A stretch of DNA of 64,000 nt from Nitrospirota bacterium (GCA_963749655.1 CAVVOB010000012.1:128001-192000), one strand, 5' to 3'. Shown: positions 1-10,119, counted from the stretch's first letter. Made by a program: numbers and translations. Notes: generated by a model from the sequence alone, not told the origin.

Positions 1-672
1 TTCGGACACATCTCGCCCATCTCTACCGGCTTTGATGCAAATACAGAGAAGGCAATTCGCAAGTCGTGGTTCGATTTAATGGGCGGTATTCAACTGCCCA
101 CATTAACGGAATCGCTGTATCCTCTACCACCTGAAATTTCAGGATTATATTCGAACCGCTATTATGATGAGCAGAATCAGCAATGTCGAAAACATGCCAA
201 TGATTTTTCTTCTTTCACTGACGTCTTTCTCGTAGAAATTTCCGGTGCTTTAGATGTTTTTCAAGATGAACTCGCCGAGGCTCAAAAATACTTATTCCAA
301 AAGCACCTTGGCCAAAAAGATATTATCGTTCCTGAGGCTCAGTTGGCCGAGGGGACAAGGCAACTCTCCAACCTCATCTATCATGCCTTTAGGCTCGACA
401 AGATCAGAGGTCAGCTTCCTGGCCTACGAATCATGGCTGGTCTCCATGCTGCGATTCGTTACAAGCATCAAAAACACGGGAAAGGGGATCGACATGACCA
501 TCTCCATGCAAGAGTCGCATTACCCTACTGCAATCTTTTTCTGACTGAAAAAACACTTGGTCATCTTTTATGTGATAGACCACTTGAATATGATAAGCTC
601 TACGGATGTCGCGTTGTATGGGATCCCGTACAAGTACTTGATGCCCTTACCGATATACTCAAACCAATTTAG
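1..672 (+). CDS. hypothetical protein, 5'-truncated, possible PIN-like C-terminus
   Basis: Frame is open from base 1 to TAG at 670-672; C-terminal DxxDxxH..ALPYCNLFLTE resembles PIN-type motifs; lower GC than the core genes. Confidence 0.55.
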   Translation, partial: FGHISPISTGFDANTEKAIRKSWFDLMGGIQLPTLTESLYPLPPEISGLYSNRYYDEQNQQCRKHANDFSSFTDVFLVEISGALDVFQDELAEAQKYLFQKHLGQKDIIVPEAQLAEGTRQLSNLIYHAFRLDKIRGQLPGLRIMAGLHAAIRYKHQKHGKGDRHDHLHARVALPYCNLFLTEKTLGHLLCDRPLEYDKLYGCRVVWDPVQVLDALTDILKPI

Positions 673-682
673 AAGGCACATA

Positions 683-730
683 TTTTAACCAGCGCGTACA
701 GCCGCCACGCGGCTCACACGCGCGTTCATG
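683..730 (+). repeat. degenerate attC-like palindrome
   Basis: TTTTAAC...gcgcgtacagccg/cggctcacacgcgc...GTT directly after a stop codon. Confidence 0.4.
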
Positions 731-924
731 TGCATGTTACAACCCCATTTTTGATAATTGTTTCAGCATGCCGCAATTGCACAGTTGTTATATATGGATA
801 GAGCATGAGGTTATATTTCCCCATTAAAGTATAGAGAAAATTTTCTTCAAGACTATCCAAAATAGAAACCTCCTGCTAAGAATTAGTTTATGACGGAACT
901 AAATTCAAGAGACAGGAGGCTTCT

Positions 925-2297
925 ATGAACTGTATAGATGATATCAGACTTGAGCAGTTTCGGCAACTGAAGAAAGAAATTCGTGGTTCGGAAGAGTATT
1001 TGATTGTTGGGATTGATGTGGCGAAAGAAAAGCACAGTGCTTTTTTTGGTACTGCGCAAGGCAAGACGCTTTTAAAGAATGTGGTCTTTGACAACACGAT
1101 TGAAGGATTCGAAAAGCTGATGCGTATGTCGAGCGCGATCAAGGTTCAATACAGCCTGCCGGAAGTCGTTTTCGGGATCGAGCCGACGGCAGACTACCAC
1201 AAGCCCCTGGCGGAGCATCTGCTCAAATGCGGTCTGATGGTCGTTTTTGTTGGCGGCACAGCAGTAAAGAACAACCGGCAGCTTCTGAACGGCCGGTGGG
1301 ATAAAAACGACGACAAGGATTCGGCCAATATCGCAGATCTCATCGCACAGGGGAAATGCATGTTTTACGAATATCCCCTGATGACACTGCGGAACGTGCG
1401 CATACTTAACGCACTCAAACGGCGACTGAAGAAACGGGAACACGGCATAAGCGCGTATATTCGCAATCATATCCTTGCACAGTATTTCCCGGAGCTGGAT
1501 AAGTACTATGGATCGTCGGAGACCCTGGCGGTGGTGCGGGAATGTCTCGATCCTTCCGCTATCGCCGGCATGGAATACGATGACTTCTGCCGTACCGTAG
1601 CACCAGGCAAAATGACGCTGGCTCGGGAACGCAGGGTGGGAACGATCTGGAGGACCGCGGTCGATTCCGTCGGCTGCACCATGGGAGAAGCGGCTCTTCC
1701 ATGAAGCTCAGATTCATGGTGGACAGTCTGAAGCAGATTAGGCAGGACGATCAAAGCGGTGGAGGAAAAACTTGAAGATGCCTGTCATGGAGTTTCCGGA
1801 GTACACGTACCTGCTGAGCATTCCGGGGTTCGGACCGGATGTCTCCTCCAAGGTCCTCGGGGCCATCGGCGATCCCCACCGATTTACAAGCGGCAAACAG
1901 GTTTTGAAAATGGCGGGCCTCGACCTGTGCGCGGATCGAAGCGGAAAGACGTCAAACAGCGCAACACCGATCATCTCCAAGCAAGGCAAGGCCGATCTGC
2001 GGTACGGCGTTATACCAGGCAGCGTTTATCGCCTCGCTTAAGAACAAGGACTTTATCGCCTACTTTACGAACAAGCTCAACGGACGGGCGAAGGAGAAAG
2101 GGATTGGCACAAAGATGCGGGTCAAGCTGGCCGCGAAGCTCTTGGTTATCGCCTGGACGCTGATGAAAAAGAAAGAATGCTTTGATCCAAAATACCTCAA
2201 GCAGGAAAAGCGGGTAGAACAAAAGAGCGGCATGATCCGTGAAGCAAAAAATTATTTCGGCGAGAGAGCCCGGGCTCACAACGTTGAGGGCAGTTGA
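925..2297 (+). mobile_element. IS110-family transposase (DEDD RuvC-like plus C-terminal domain), broken by several frameshifts
   Basis: VGIDVAKEKH, GIEPTADY and KNDDKDS motifs in 925-1704; LLSIPGFGP..IGDPHRF..ISKQG in 1772-2041; RVKLAAKLLVIAWTLMK in 2115-2297. Confidence 0.9.
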
Positions 2298-2558
2298 CCT
2301 CGTCACCTACAATACAGGGCCTCTCGTTTGAACGATAGAATCTGGATAAGGTATTCTTGGCGGCCATACGGCACGCCGAATAGGTGCATAACGATTAGAG
2401 ATATCGTTCGTCTGGATGCGAGAGACTCGTCGATAAAAGCGATGACGGCGTGAATGCCGAAAGAGAGAGGTGTGTTTTTTAATATACTGATCAAGTTATC
2501 CTGTTGAATAAAAACAAATTGAATCTTATTCTTGACAGGAACGTTATAGTATGTAGGT

Positions 2559-2702
2559 GTAACCCTCTTAGGGGACATCTTAGTGCCTGGTCTTTAATGT
2601 TTGTCTGACCTTTTTTTCTGCATTTCACAGCATCCCGACTGGAACAACTTCATTCAGCTGATGATCTTGCCGGAAACACTGAACGCGTCGTCTCCGGTGT
2701 AG
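2559..2702 (+). repeat. dispersed direct repeat, copy A
   Basis: catcttagtgcc..tttaatg..tgcatttcaca..gctgatgatcttgccggaaa shared with copies at 3641, 15036 and 17277. Confidence 0.85.
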
Positions 2703-2705
2703 CCG

Positions 2706-2781
2706 GCAGGTTGGGCAAAACGCCTCATCTTGCCCAACAGAATTCAAAAGATGTTGGGCTGTGATGCGTAGCCTAACCTAC
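2706..2781. repeat. REP-like doublet (GTAG family)
   Basis: aggttgggc..gcccaac..gttgggc..gcctaacctac inverted pair. Confidence 0.55.
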
Positions 2782-2940
2782 AAACTACAATATACGTCAC
2801 CAGTTACCTGGTCAAGGTAATACGAAATCGGCAACACGGCATATCGAATAGATAATAAAATATTTATGATACAGTCGCACCGTTTTTCGCATACACGTTT
2901 TCGTGTTTCTGATGTATAATGCAGCATAAAGGACGAAAAA

Positions 2941-3213
2941 ATGGAATTCGAGTGGGACCCCAAAAAATCGGAGTTGAATCGAAAGAAGCACGGTATCTCT
3001 TTTCACGACGCGGCAAGGGTATTCTCTGATCCACTCGCGATAACATTTCCCGATCCGGATCATTCGCAGAGCGAACATAGGTTCCTAACTTTCGGCCATT
3101 CCAAGGGGAACCTTTTGCTCGTCGTCGTACACACTGACCGGAATGGTAAAACCAGAATAATCAGCGCGAGGCGAGCTACGCGATATGAAAGGACAATATA
3201 TGAAAACGGCTAA
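2941..3213 (+). CDS. brnT: BrnT family toxin (type II TA ribonuclease)
   Basis: MEFEWDPKK..N..KHGISF..E.RF..G..RIISARRAT signature. Confidence 0.92.
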   Translation: MEFEWDPKKSELNRKKHGISFHDAARVFSDPLAITFPDPDHSQSEHRFLTFGHSKGNLLLVVVHTDRNGKTRIISARRATRYERTIYENG

Positions 3214-3454
3214 AAAAGAGGACATGCGGAAAGAATACCGAAGGGAAGACCTCGGAGTCGGTGTCCGTGGTAAATACTATAAAGAATATAGTAAAGGTAC
3301 AAATCTCGTTCTCCTGAGCCCAGATGTGGCCGCAGCCTTTCCTGATGAAGATTCTGTAAATACTGCATTACGGAATCTTGTGAAGCTGGCGAAACTATCC
3401 GTTGTCCCAACCCGACGTTCTGTACGTCCTCTCAAAAAACAGGCTGCCAGATAG
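3200..3454 (+). CDS. BrnA-like antitoxin
   Basis: Overlaps brnT; MRKEY..GVRGKY..VLLSPDVAAAFPDEDSVNTALR motif. Confidence 0.85.
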   Translation: MKTAKKEDMRKEYRREDLGVGVRGKYYKEYSKGTNLVLLSPDVAAAFPDEDSVNTALRNLVKLAKLSVVPTRRSVRPLKKQAAR

Positions 3455-3503
3455 CTTCGGATAACAATATTCTTTTAGCCCCACGGTGCACGAATCTCAC
3501 TGA

Positions 3504-3562
3504 TCCCAACTAACGGCTCGACACCCTCCGGGCGATAAACCCGCCCGGGCGGGTCAGCCGTG
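3504..3562 (+). repeat. degenerate attC-like palindrome
   Basis: TCCCAAC, then cggctCgac...gtcagccg arms with one extrahelical base; terminal GTT absent. Confidence 0.4.
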
Positions 3563-3640
3563 CTTCACGTGCATATTTGTACGGGCACGCCACATCTTTT
3601 AATGGCAGATCACCAGTGCGATGTAGTTGGTTTAGCCTCG

Positions 3641-4067
3641 TAGGGGTCATCTTAGTGCCCGGTCTTTAATGGTTATCCCGCGCCTTGGCATCCCCCGGCT
3701 CCTGCCGGGGGTGGAAAGCGCTCACTCGCGCGTGACACGAACGTGTCACGCATGCGCGAGTTCGCAGTTCCGGGAGGTCGCGTCAATTTTAGTCCAGACA
3801 GGTCGGGATGCCGGAGGGGGCTCCACTCTTTCCTTTTTCTTTTGCATTTCACATCACCCCGGCTGGAACAGCTTCGTTCTGCTGATGATCTTGTCGGAAA
3901 TGATGAACACGCCGTCTCCGGTGTAGTGCCTTGTCTCAGGGTGTCCGCGTTGTGTCTTAAGTCATCAAAAACACTTCAAACGCTCTCCGCTTTATACCTT
4001 CATAACTACAATAGTTTTGAGAAAATCTATTAGCTCCCCTATTAATGAAATACAATTCCTTGGCAAA
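3641..4067 (+). repeat. dispersed direct repeat, copy B, interrupted by a ~150 bp palindromic insert (about 3680-3827)
   Basis: Matches copy D through attagctccc(c)tattaatgaaata..ccttg. Confidence 0.85.
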
Positions 4068-4212
4068 GGCTCAAGAGTACAACCTTCAGAAAAATCGCAA
4101 AGAAGCGTATTGGGCAGACCGGTATCATGCCACAGCGATCGCCGACCCCGGGATGACAGAATGGTGATTGAAAAAAGCCGCACAGCATGTCATAATGGCG
4201 AATAATAAAATC

Positions 4213-4359
4213 GTAACTGCTCAGTTCAAGACATTATCCGCTGATTACGACGTATTCACGGGTTGAATCGGAGCTCTCTATGCTTTATAATCTGCGCTTG
4301 TCGGCGAAATCTGCGGACAAAAGGTTTCCCTTCAGGGTTCAGATATTCTGAATAGTTAC
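4213..4359. repeat. MITE-like element with short terminal inverted repeats
   Basis: gtaactgctcag (4213-4224) / ctgaatagttac (4348-4359), with internal tccgctgatt...aatctgcgga palindrome. Confidence 0.5.
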
Positions 4360-4379
4360 AAAAAATCGAGGTCAACCAT

Positions 4380-5573
4380 ATGCCCCAGTATCGCATCAGA
4401 AAGATGAACAGCATCGCCCAGGAAGGGCTTTCACTGCTGGGCCCCGAATATTCAGTTCGCGACGATGAGCAGGACCCAGAAGGCATCCTGGTCCGGAGCG
4501 CGCAGATCGACACGGACCGCTACGCATCGCTTTTGGCCGTGGCCCGGGCCGGCGCAGGGGTCAATACGATTACCGTGGACAAAGCCACTGCGAAGGGAAT
4601 CTGTGTTTTCAACACTCCCGGGGCCAATGCCAATGCCGTGGCGGAGCTCGTCTTCGTCATGCTGGGAATCAGCGCGCGCAACATCCACCTTGCGATAAAC
4701 TTCTGCAGCGACCTTGCCGGGATGAGCGATACGAAGATCACCGAGCAGATCGAGGCGAAAAAGTCGGCCTTTCGCGGCTTCGAGCTTGCGGGCAAGACCC
4801 TGGGTGTGCTGGGACTCGGCAAGATCGGCGTGCGCGTGGCGAACGGAGGGATACAGCGGCAGATGCGGGTCATCGGCTTTGATCCTTCGCCGGCCCTGGA
4901 GAACATACATCAGCTTTCGCCTGAAGTAATTCTTGCAAAGAACTGGAAGGACGTCGTGAAACAGGTAAGTGTCCTTTCCCTGCACATGCCGTTCAGCGAG
5001 AAGCTGCGGCATTTTATCGACGCCGACGTGTTGAAACTGCTGCCCCCGGGCGCCATCCTGGTCAATTATGCGAGGGGATCGCTGGTCGATCTGGCCGCCG
5101 TGCTCCAGGCCCTGGACAGCGGACGGCTTGCCGCGTACGTCACCGACTTTCCCGCGGCCGCGTTGCTGAGCAATCCCAAGGTCATCGTCTCGCCCCATCT
5201 CGGCGCCAGCACCGAAGAATCCGAGGAGCTCTGCGCGACCATGGCCGTGCAGGAACTCAAGGACTACCTCGAATACGGCACGGTCACGAACAGCGTAAAT
5301 TTTCCGATTGTCGAGTCTGTCCCGTCCGACGAAGTCCATACGCGCCTGATCATGATCAATCGCGACGTGCCCGGCATGATAGGCTTCGCTTCCCAGACGA
5401 TCGGCGCCCGAGGCATCAACATCTCCAGCTACCTGAATGCGAGCAATGGATCCGTCGGATATAACATCATCGATCTGGAGGCGCCGATCCCCGACAGCGT
5501 GGTCCGGGAGATAGCTGCCCATGAAGGCGTTATCCGCACCCGCACGATCCTCTTTGCAAAGAGAAACAAATAA
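4380..5573 (+). CDS. serA: D-3-phosphoglycerate dehydrogenase (2-hydroxyacid dehydrogenase with C-terminal ACT domain)
   Basis: ARAGAGVN, NTPGANANAVAEL, GLGKIG, NYARG, SPHLGASTEE and NRDVPGMIG (ACT) motifs. Confidence 0.9.
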   Translation: MPQYRIRKMNSIAQEGLSLLGPEYSVRDDEQDPEGILVRSAQIDTDRYASLLAVARAGAGVNTITVDKATAKGICVFNTPGANANAVAELVFVMLGISARNIHLAINFCSDLAGMSDTKITEQIEAKKSAFRGFELAGKTLGVLGLGKIGVRVANGGIQRQMRVIGFDPSPALENIHQLSPEVILAKNWKDVVKQVSVLSLHMPFSEKLRHFIDADVLKLLPPGAILVNYARGSLVDLAAVLQALDSGRLAAYVTDFPAAALLSNPKVIVSPHLGASTEESEELCATMAVQELKDYLEYGTVTNSVNFPIVESVPSDEVHTRLIMINRDVPGMIGFASQTIGARGINISSYLNASNGSVGYNIIDLEAPIPDSVVREIAAHEGVIRTRTILFAKRNK

Positions 5574-5702
5574 ACGCAGAATTATGGCCTTGTGATGTTT
5601 GCCTTTTTTGTGTCTTCCGTGACTTTTGCGGCTGAGCTTTTTCCGGCTGGTCCGGGTTAGTTACTAAGGAGTCAAAATCTAGGCAAAATGGCAAGAATAT
5701 TT

Positions 5703-5856
5703 TCGCGCAAAGCCGCAAAGGCGCCAAGAAAGACGCAAAGAAAGGCTCAGGCTTCTGGTTTTAAACCATAGACTTAAAGGTTTTCTTTGCGCGCTTTCTC
5801 CGTCCCGCATCAGATGAACACAGATATGAAACGGAGCGGGGGCGGCTTTGCGCGAG
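5703..5856. repeat. palindromic intergenic repeat (cgcgcaaagccgcaaaggcg family)
   Basis: cgcgcaaagccgcaaaggcg...gcggctttgcgcg; a second copy lies at 12297-12399. Confidence 0.7.
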
Positions 5857-5897
5857 ACGCCTTTTTGTTTCCGGCTTGTCCGGGTTAGGAAATAATT

Positions 5898-6995
5898 ATG
5901 ACTGATGCCAACTTTATCGGAATGCCCCTGCAGGAACTCGATACGCCCGCGCTGGTGATTGATCTGGCAATCATGGAGAAAAATATATCCACGATGGCCG
6001 GGTACTTCGCGGGGGTAGGTGCGAACCTGCGGCCGCATGTAAAAACGCACAAATGCCCGATCATCGCGCATAAACAGCTGCAGGCAGGGGCCAAAGGCAT
6101 TACGTGCTCGAAGCTCGGAGAGGCCGACATCATGGTCCAGGCCGGCATCAGGGACATATTGATCGCGAACGAGATCGTGGGAACGCACAAGATCAAAAGG
6201 CTGGTGGAGCTTGCCCGACAAGCGGAAATCATCGTTGCCGTGGATGACGAAAAGAACATCAGAGACCTCGCCGAAGCCTCCCGCGCCGCAGGGACCAGTC
6301 TTGGCGTGCTGGTCGATGTGAACGTGGGCATGAACCGGTGCGGCGTGGAGCCGGGACAGCAGGCGCTCGATCTTGCCCGGACAGTACAGGGGGAACGCGG
6401 ACTCGTCTTCAAAGGCATCATGGGATACGAGGGCCACGTGGTCGGTCTGACGGACACCGGGGAGCGGACCCGAAAGGGCCGTGAATCCATGAAGCTGCTG
6501 GTTGAGACAAAGGGCCTGATCGAGAAATCCGGTCTTGCCGTGCAAGTCGTGAGCAGCGGAGGAACGGGAACGTACAACATCTCCGGCCCCTATCCCGGCG
6601 TGACCGAGATCCAGGCAGGTTCGTATATCTTCATGGACGCACACTACCGGGAAACGGGTATCGATTTCGGATGCGCCCTCACTCTGCTTGCCACGGTGGT
6701 AAGCCTCCACCTTCCGGACAGGATCATAACGGACGCAGGCATAAAAACGATCACCGCGGAGTTCGGCCTGCCGAAGGTAAAAGGCCTGGAGGAGCTTGAG
6801 GTGATCGGTCTGAATGAGGAACACGGGAAGCTCCGCACCAAAACCGGGATAAGCCCGGTGAAGATCGGCGACAAGATCGAGCTTATACCGGGGCATGGGT
6901 GCACGACCATAAATCTGCATGACCGGTACTACGCTGTCCGAAACGGAAAGGTTGAAGCAGTGTTCCCGATACTGGCGCGCGGCAAGAGCGCGTGA
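5898..6995 (+). CDS. DSD1 / D-threonine aldolase family PLP-dependent enzyme (fold III)
   Basis: TPALVID, LRPHVKTHK, GMNRCG, GYEGH, GGTGT, EIQAGSYIFMD, EEHG and PGHGCTTINL motifs. Confidence 0.9.
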   Translation: MTDANFIGMPLQELDTPALVIDLAIMEKNISTMAGYFAGVGANLRPHVKTHKCPIIAHKQLQAGAKGITCSKLGEADIMVQAGIRDILIANEIVGTHKIKRLVELARQAEIIVAVDDEKNIRDLAEASRAAGTSLGVLVDVNVGMNRCGVEPGQQALDLARTVQGERGLVFKGIMGYEGHVVGLTDTGERTRKGRESMKLLVETKGLIEKSGLAVQVVSSGGTGTYNISGPYPGVTEIQAGSYIFMDAHYRETGIDFGCALTLLATVVSLHLPDRIITDAGIKTITAEFGLPKVKGLEELEVIGLNEEHGKLRTKTGISPVKIGDKIELIPGHGCTTINLHDRYYAVRNGKVEAVFPILARGKSA

Positions 6996-7114
6996 CGTGT
7001 GAGTGCGGATACCGCTGAGGCAAACTGGCCCCACTCCTTATACGAGACAGGAGAACGGGCTCTGCCGGACAAGCTCCTGCGTAGAGGCTTGTCCGGGTTA
7101 GGAGATACAATCAT

Positions 7115-8281
7115 ATGATCCGACGACAGTATTTACAGGTGCCCGGACCCACGAATATCCCCGACCGCATTCTCCGTTGCATGTCCCAGCCTTTGATTAA
7201 TCACCGCGGGCCCGAGTTCGAGCAACTGCTCGCGGGGAACCTCCAGGGCCTGAAGAAGGTCTTCCGCACGCAGAACGACATCCTCATGTTTCCCGGCTCG
7301 GGAAGCGGAATGATGGAATCGGCCGTCGTTAACCTGTTCTCCCCCGGCGATACGGTACTAGCCGGCTCCATGGGGCTTTTCGGCGAACGCATGGCAACGA
7401 TCGCGGAGAGTCACGGCGTCAAGGTCATACGGATCAGCAAGGAATGGGGCCGGGCCGTTCACGCTGACGACGTCGGGAAAGTTCTCGAAAACGACAGAGA
7501 AAAGAAGATCAAGGCCGTCTGCATGCCCCACAATGAAACATCCACCGGCATCTCGCAGGACCTCGAAAGCATATCACGGATGATCAAAACCCTCGGGCAT
7601 CCGGCCGTCTTCGTTGTCGACGCCATCAGCAGTCTGGCATGCACGCCGCTTGAGACCGACCAATGGGGCATTGATGTCGTGATTTCCGCGACTCAAAAAG
7701 GTCTGATGTTGCCGCCGGGACTCGGCTTCGTGTCCGTCAGTCCACGGGCATGGGAGCTCTGCGGACGATCCACCATGCCGAAATGGTACTGGGACTACAA
7801 AGCGGTAAAGGAAAAAAACAAGGGGCATCAGTTTCCCTACACTCCGCCGACCACGCTGTTCTTCGGCCTCAGGGAATCTCTTGCTATCATCTTGAACGAG
7901 GAAGGACTGGAACAGGTCTGGCGGAGACATGCAGACATCGCTGTCGCTGTCCGCAGCGCCGTTACAGCCATGGGTCTTAGCCTGCTCGCCGAGCAGGGAC
8001 ATGAATCCGATACGGTGACGGCGATCGCCATGCCGGACGGAATTGCCTACCAGGCCCTGGCGGAACTGCTGCGCACCCGCTATCAAGTCGTCATTGGAGA
8101 AGGACTCCAGAAACTCCAGGGAAAGATATTCCGCATCGGGCACATGGGTGCGATCCACGTCCCCGAGATCTTTGCCATCATGTGCGCTGTTGAACTGGCG
8201 CTGATCGAGAAGGGGTGGAAAATTCAACCCGGCACGGCTGCGCGGGCAATAGCAGAAATCCATCTCAGCCGGTCCTCGTGA
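7115..8281 (+). CDS. class V aminotransferase (alanine/serine-glyoxylate aminotransferase family)
   Basis: PGPTNIP, HRGPEF, HNETSTG, VDAISS, TQKGLMLPPGLG and FRIGHMG motifs. Confidence 0.92.
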   Translation: MIRRQYLQVPGPTNIPDRILRCMSQPLINHRGPEFEQLLAGNLQGLKKVFRTQNDILMFPGSGSGMMESAVVNLFSPGDTVLAGSMGLFGERMATIAESHGVKVIRISKEWGRAVHADDVGKVLENDREKKIKAVCMPHNETSTGISQDLESISRMIKTLGHPAVFVVDAISSLACTPLETDQWGIDVVISATQKGLMLPPGLGFVSVSPRAWELCGRSTMPKWYWDYKAVKEKNKGHQFPYTPPTTLFFGLRESLAIILNEEGLEQVWRRHADIAVAVRSAVTAMGLSLLAEQGHESDTVTAIAMPDGIAYQALAELLRTRYQVVIGEGLQKLQGKIFRIGHMGAIHVPEIFAIMCAVELALIEKGWKIQPGTAARAIAEIHLSRSS

Positions 8282-8450
8282 CCGGTGCCGCAATCAGGGT
8301 GTTTTCGCGGAGTGTTCGATGTCAGTCGTAGTGAAGATTTAACTTTCTGTTTCATCCGTGTTTATCCGTGTTCATCTGTGGTTAACTGCTTTTTTCAGGA
8401 TGAATGCTCCGGCAACCGCACCGTGAACCGCCGTATCAGAGGAAGGGCCC

Positions 8451-9269
8451 GTGCGAATAGACCATACAAAGTGCGTGGCATGCGCCAACTGCGTCCCCGT
8501 CTGTCCCATGGGCGCCATCTCAATAGATATCGGGAAGAACCGCGCTGTCGTCAATGAGGAGGAGTGCGTCGAGTGCTACGCGTGCCATCGGGGAATGAGC
8601 AAGGAGCGCTTGAACCCGACTCTCGTCCGCGCTTTCCGGGGGTTCATGAAACTCCTGCGTCTCCGGTTCGAACCCGAACCCGATGTCTGTCCCACGGACG
8701 CCATCGTTCCGCAGGAGCTTGTCTGGCCCCGCATTGTCCGGCGCGCTTTCAGTGATCCGCAGGTGCCCCATGAGTCCACCGGGGTCCACGGACGCGGCAC
8801 GGAGGAGGTCAAGACCAATGATGTGACCGGCCGGGTGAAGGAAGGCGAGGTTGGTTTCACCATCGAGTTCGGCCGGCCCGGTGTCGGGGTCCGTTTTCGG
8901 GATATCCAAACCCTGACGAGGGCCATTGCTGTGCTGCCGATTTCCTTCGAAAGAAAGAACCCGATATATTCCCTCATGAGCGATCCGGCCGGCGGCGCAA
9001 TCCGCGAGGACATCCTGGACGAAAAGGTTTTATCCGCCATCCTGGAACTCAAGACCACACTTGAGCATGCGCCGCTCGTCCTGCGGGTCGTGGAGAAGAC
9101 AGCGCCGGAGCTGAACACCATCGTGAGCGTCGGCGCGGCAACGCGCTGTGACGACGTCGGCGATGATCAACTGGAACCCCTGCTCAAACGCGAGGGGTAC
9201 GCGGTCTATCGCGGCAAAACCAACCTGGGGCTCGGACGGCGGACCCGAAAAGGAGACGGTAATTTATGA
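8451..9269 (+). CDS. 4Fe-4S ferredoxin-domain protein with an uncharacterised C-terminal domain
   Basis: CVACANCVPVCP and CVECYAC...VCP; GRGTEEVKTNDVTGR, EFGRPGVG and KTNLGLG blocks. Confidence 0.8.
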   Translation: MRIDHTKCVACANCVPVCPMGAISIDIGKNRAVVNEEECVECYACHRGMSKERLNPTLVRAFRGFMKLLRLRFEPEPDVCPTDAIVPQELVWPRIVRRAFSDPQVPHESTGVHGRGTEEVKTNDVTGRVKEGEVGFTIEFGRPGVGVRFRDIQTLTRAIAVLPISFERKNPIYSLMSDPAGGAIREDILDEKVLSAILELKTTLEHAPLVLRVVEKTAPELNTIVSVGAATRCDDVGDDQLEPLLKREGYAVYRGKTNLGLGRRTRKGDGNL

Positions 9270-9940
9270 CCAATACCCTGCACAGATTCGGCGCTCCGGA
9301 AACCCTCAAGGGTGATTATGTCGTTTTTGCCATGGCGGCCCGGGGAATCAACGACGAGGGCGCACCCGCCAAGCTCCGGGACTTTTTGCGACTGGCGCTG
9401 GAGCATGGCCCCATCAACGTGGGCAACGCGGTCAAGGGAGGGATTTACCGGCCCTCTCACCGACTCAGCCCTCTGGTCCACTGGCATCGCAGCGACGCAA
9501 TGGATCCGGAGGATGTCGTGAAGGGCATCGACTCATGCACCACGGTTGCGGCGGTGTTCGACCGACAGGACAGGCTTGTGGCCTTTCTCACGGAATTGCG
9601 GAAGGCCGATCTGGGGGTCTCAATCAATATCAGCGCCCTCACCGACGAGACGCGCGCCTGCTGCAAACAGGCCGGCATTACGCGCCACAGCGTGGGATAC
9701 TCCCTGGGGTTTTTTGGCGATCTGAATCTTCTGCCGGACCGCCATGTGCTTGAGCTCTCTACCATGTGCGGTCACGGGATGGTTTCACACAATTTCGCGG
9801 GAAAGATGATCGCTTTGGTGAAGGAAGGACGGCGTGATGCAAAAGAGGCTTCGGCATGCCTCGCGCGGTTCTGCACCTGCGGGGTGTTCAATCCGGCCCG
9901 GGCAGAGCGCATTATCGAGGAGGCGCGGGAGGGGAGATGA
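9266..9940 (+). CDS. conserved hypothetical Cys-containing partner of the ferredoxin-domain protein
   Basis: ATGA overlap; MTNTLHRFG, TMCGHGMV and CTCGVFNP motifs. Confidence 0.75.
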   Translation: MTNTLHRFGAPETLKGDYVVFAMAARGINDEGAPAKLRDFLRLALEHGPINVGNAVKGGIYRPSHRLSPLVHWHRSDAMDPEDVVKGIDSCTTVAAVFDRQDRLVAFLTELRKADLGVSINISALTDETRACCKQAGITRHSVGYSLGFFGDLNLLPDRHVLELSTMCGHGMVSHNFAGKMIALVKEGRRDAKEASACLARFCTCGVFNPARAERIIEEAREGR

Positions 9941-9952
9941 GGAAACCTATTG

Positions 9953-10119
9953 TCCTGGAAAAAGCAGTTAACCACAGATGAACACTGATAAACACAGGTA
10001 AATCAGAAAATTAAATCAAAATTCTGAATCACCTATCAGGTGCGGCGCCGAAATGATGCATGTTCCTGATTTTGCTTTTCATCCGTGTTCATCTGTGGTT
10101 CTAACTGCCGTTTTCAGGA
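9953..10119. repeat. palindromic repeat (accacagatgaacac / gtgttcatctgtggt family) with tcctg..gcagtt ends
   Basis: Related arms at 8353-8400, 34882-34960, 37305-37383, 45133-45256 and 62355-62420. Confidence 0.75.

Noticed and set aside
1690-2115. Programmed frameshifting in the IS110 transposase
   Set aside because: Several scattered shifts, and IS110 is not known to use frameshifting; decay or consensus error is more likely.
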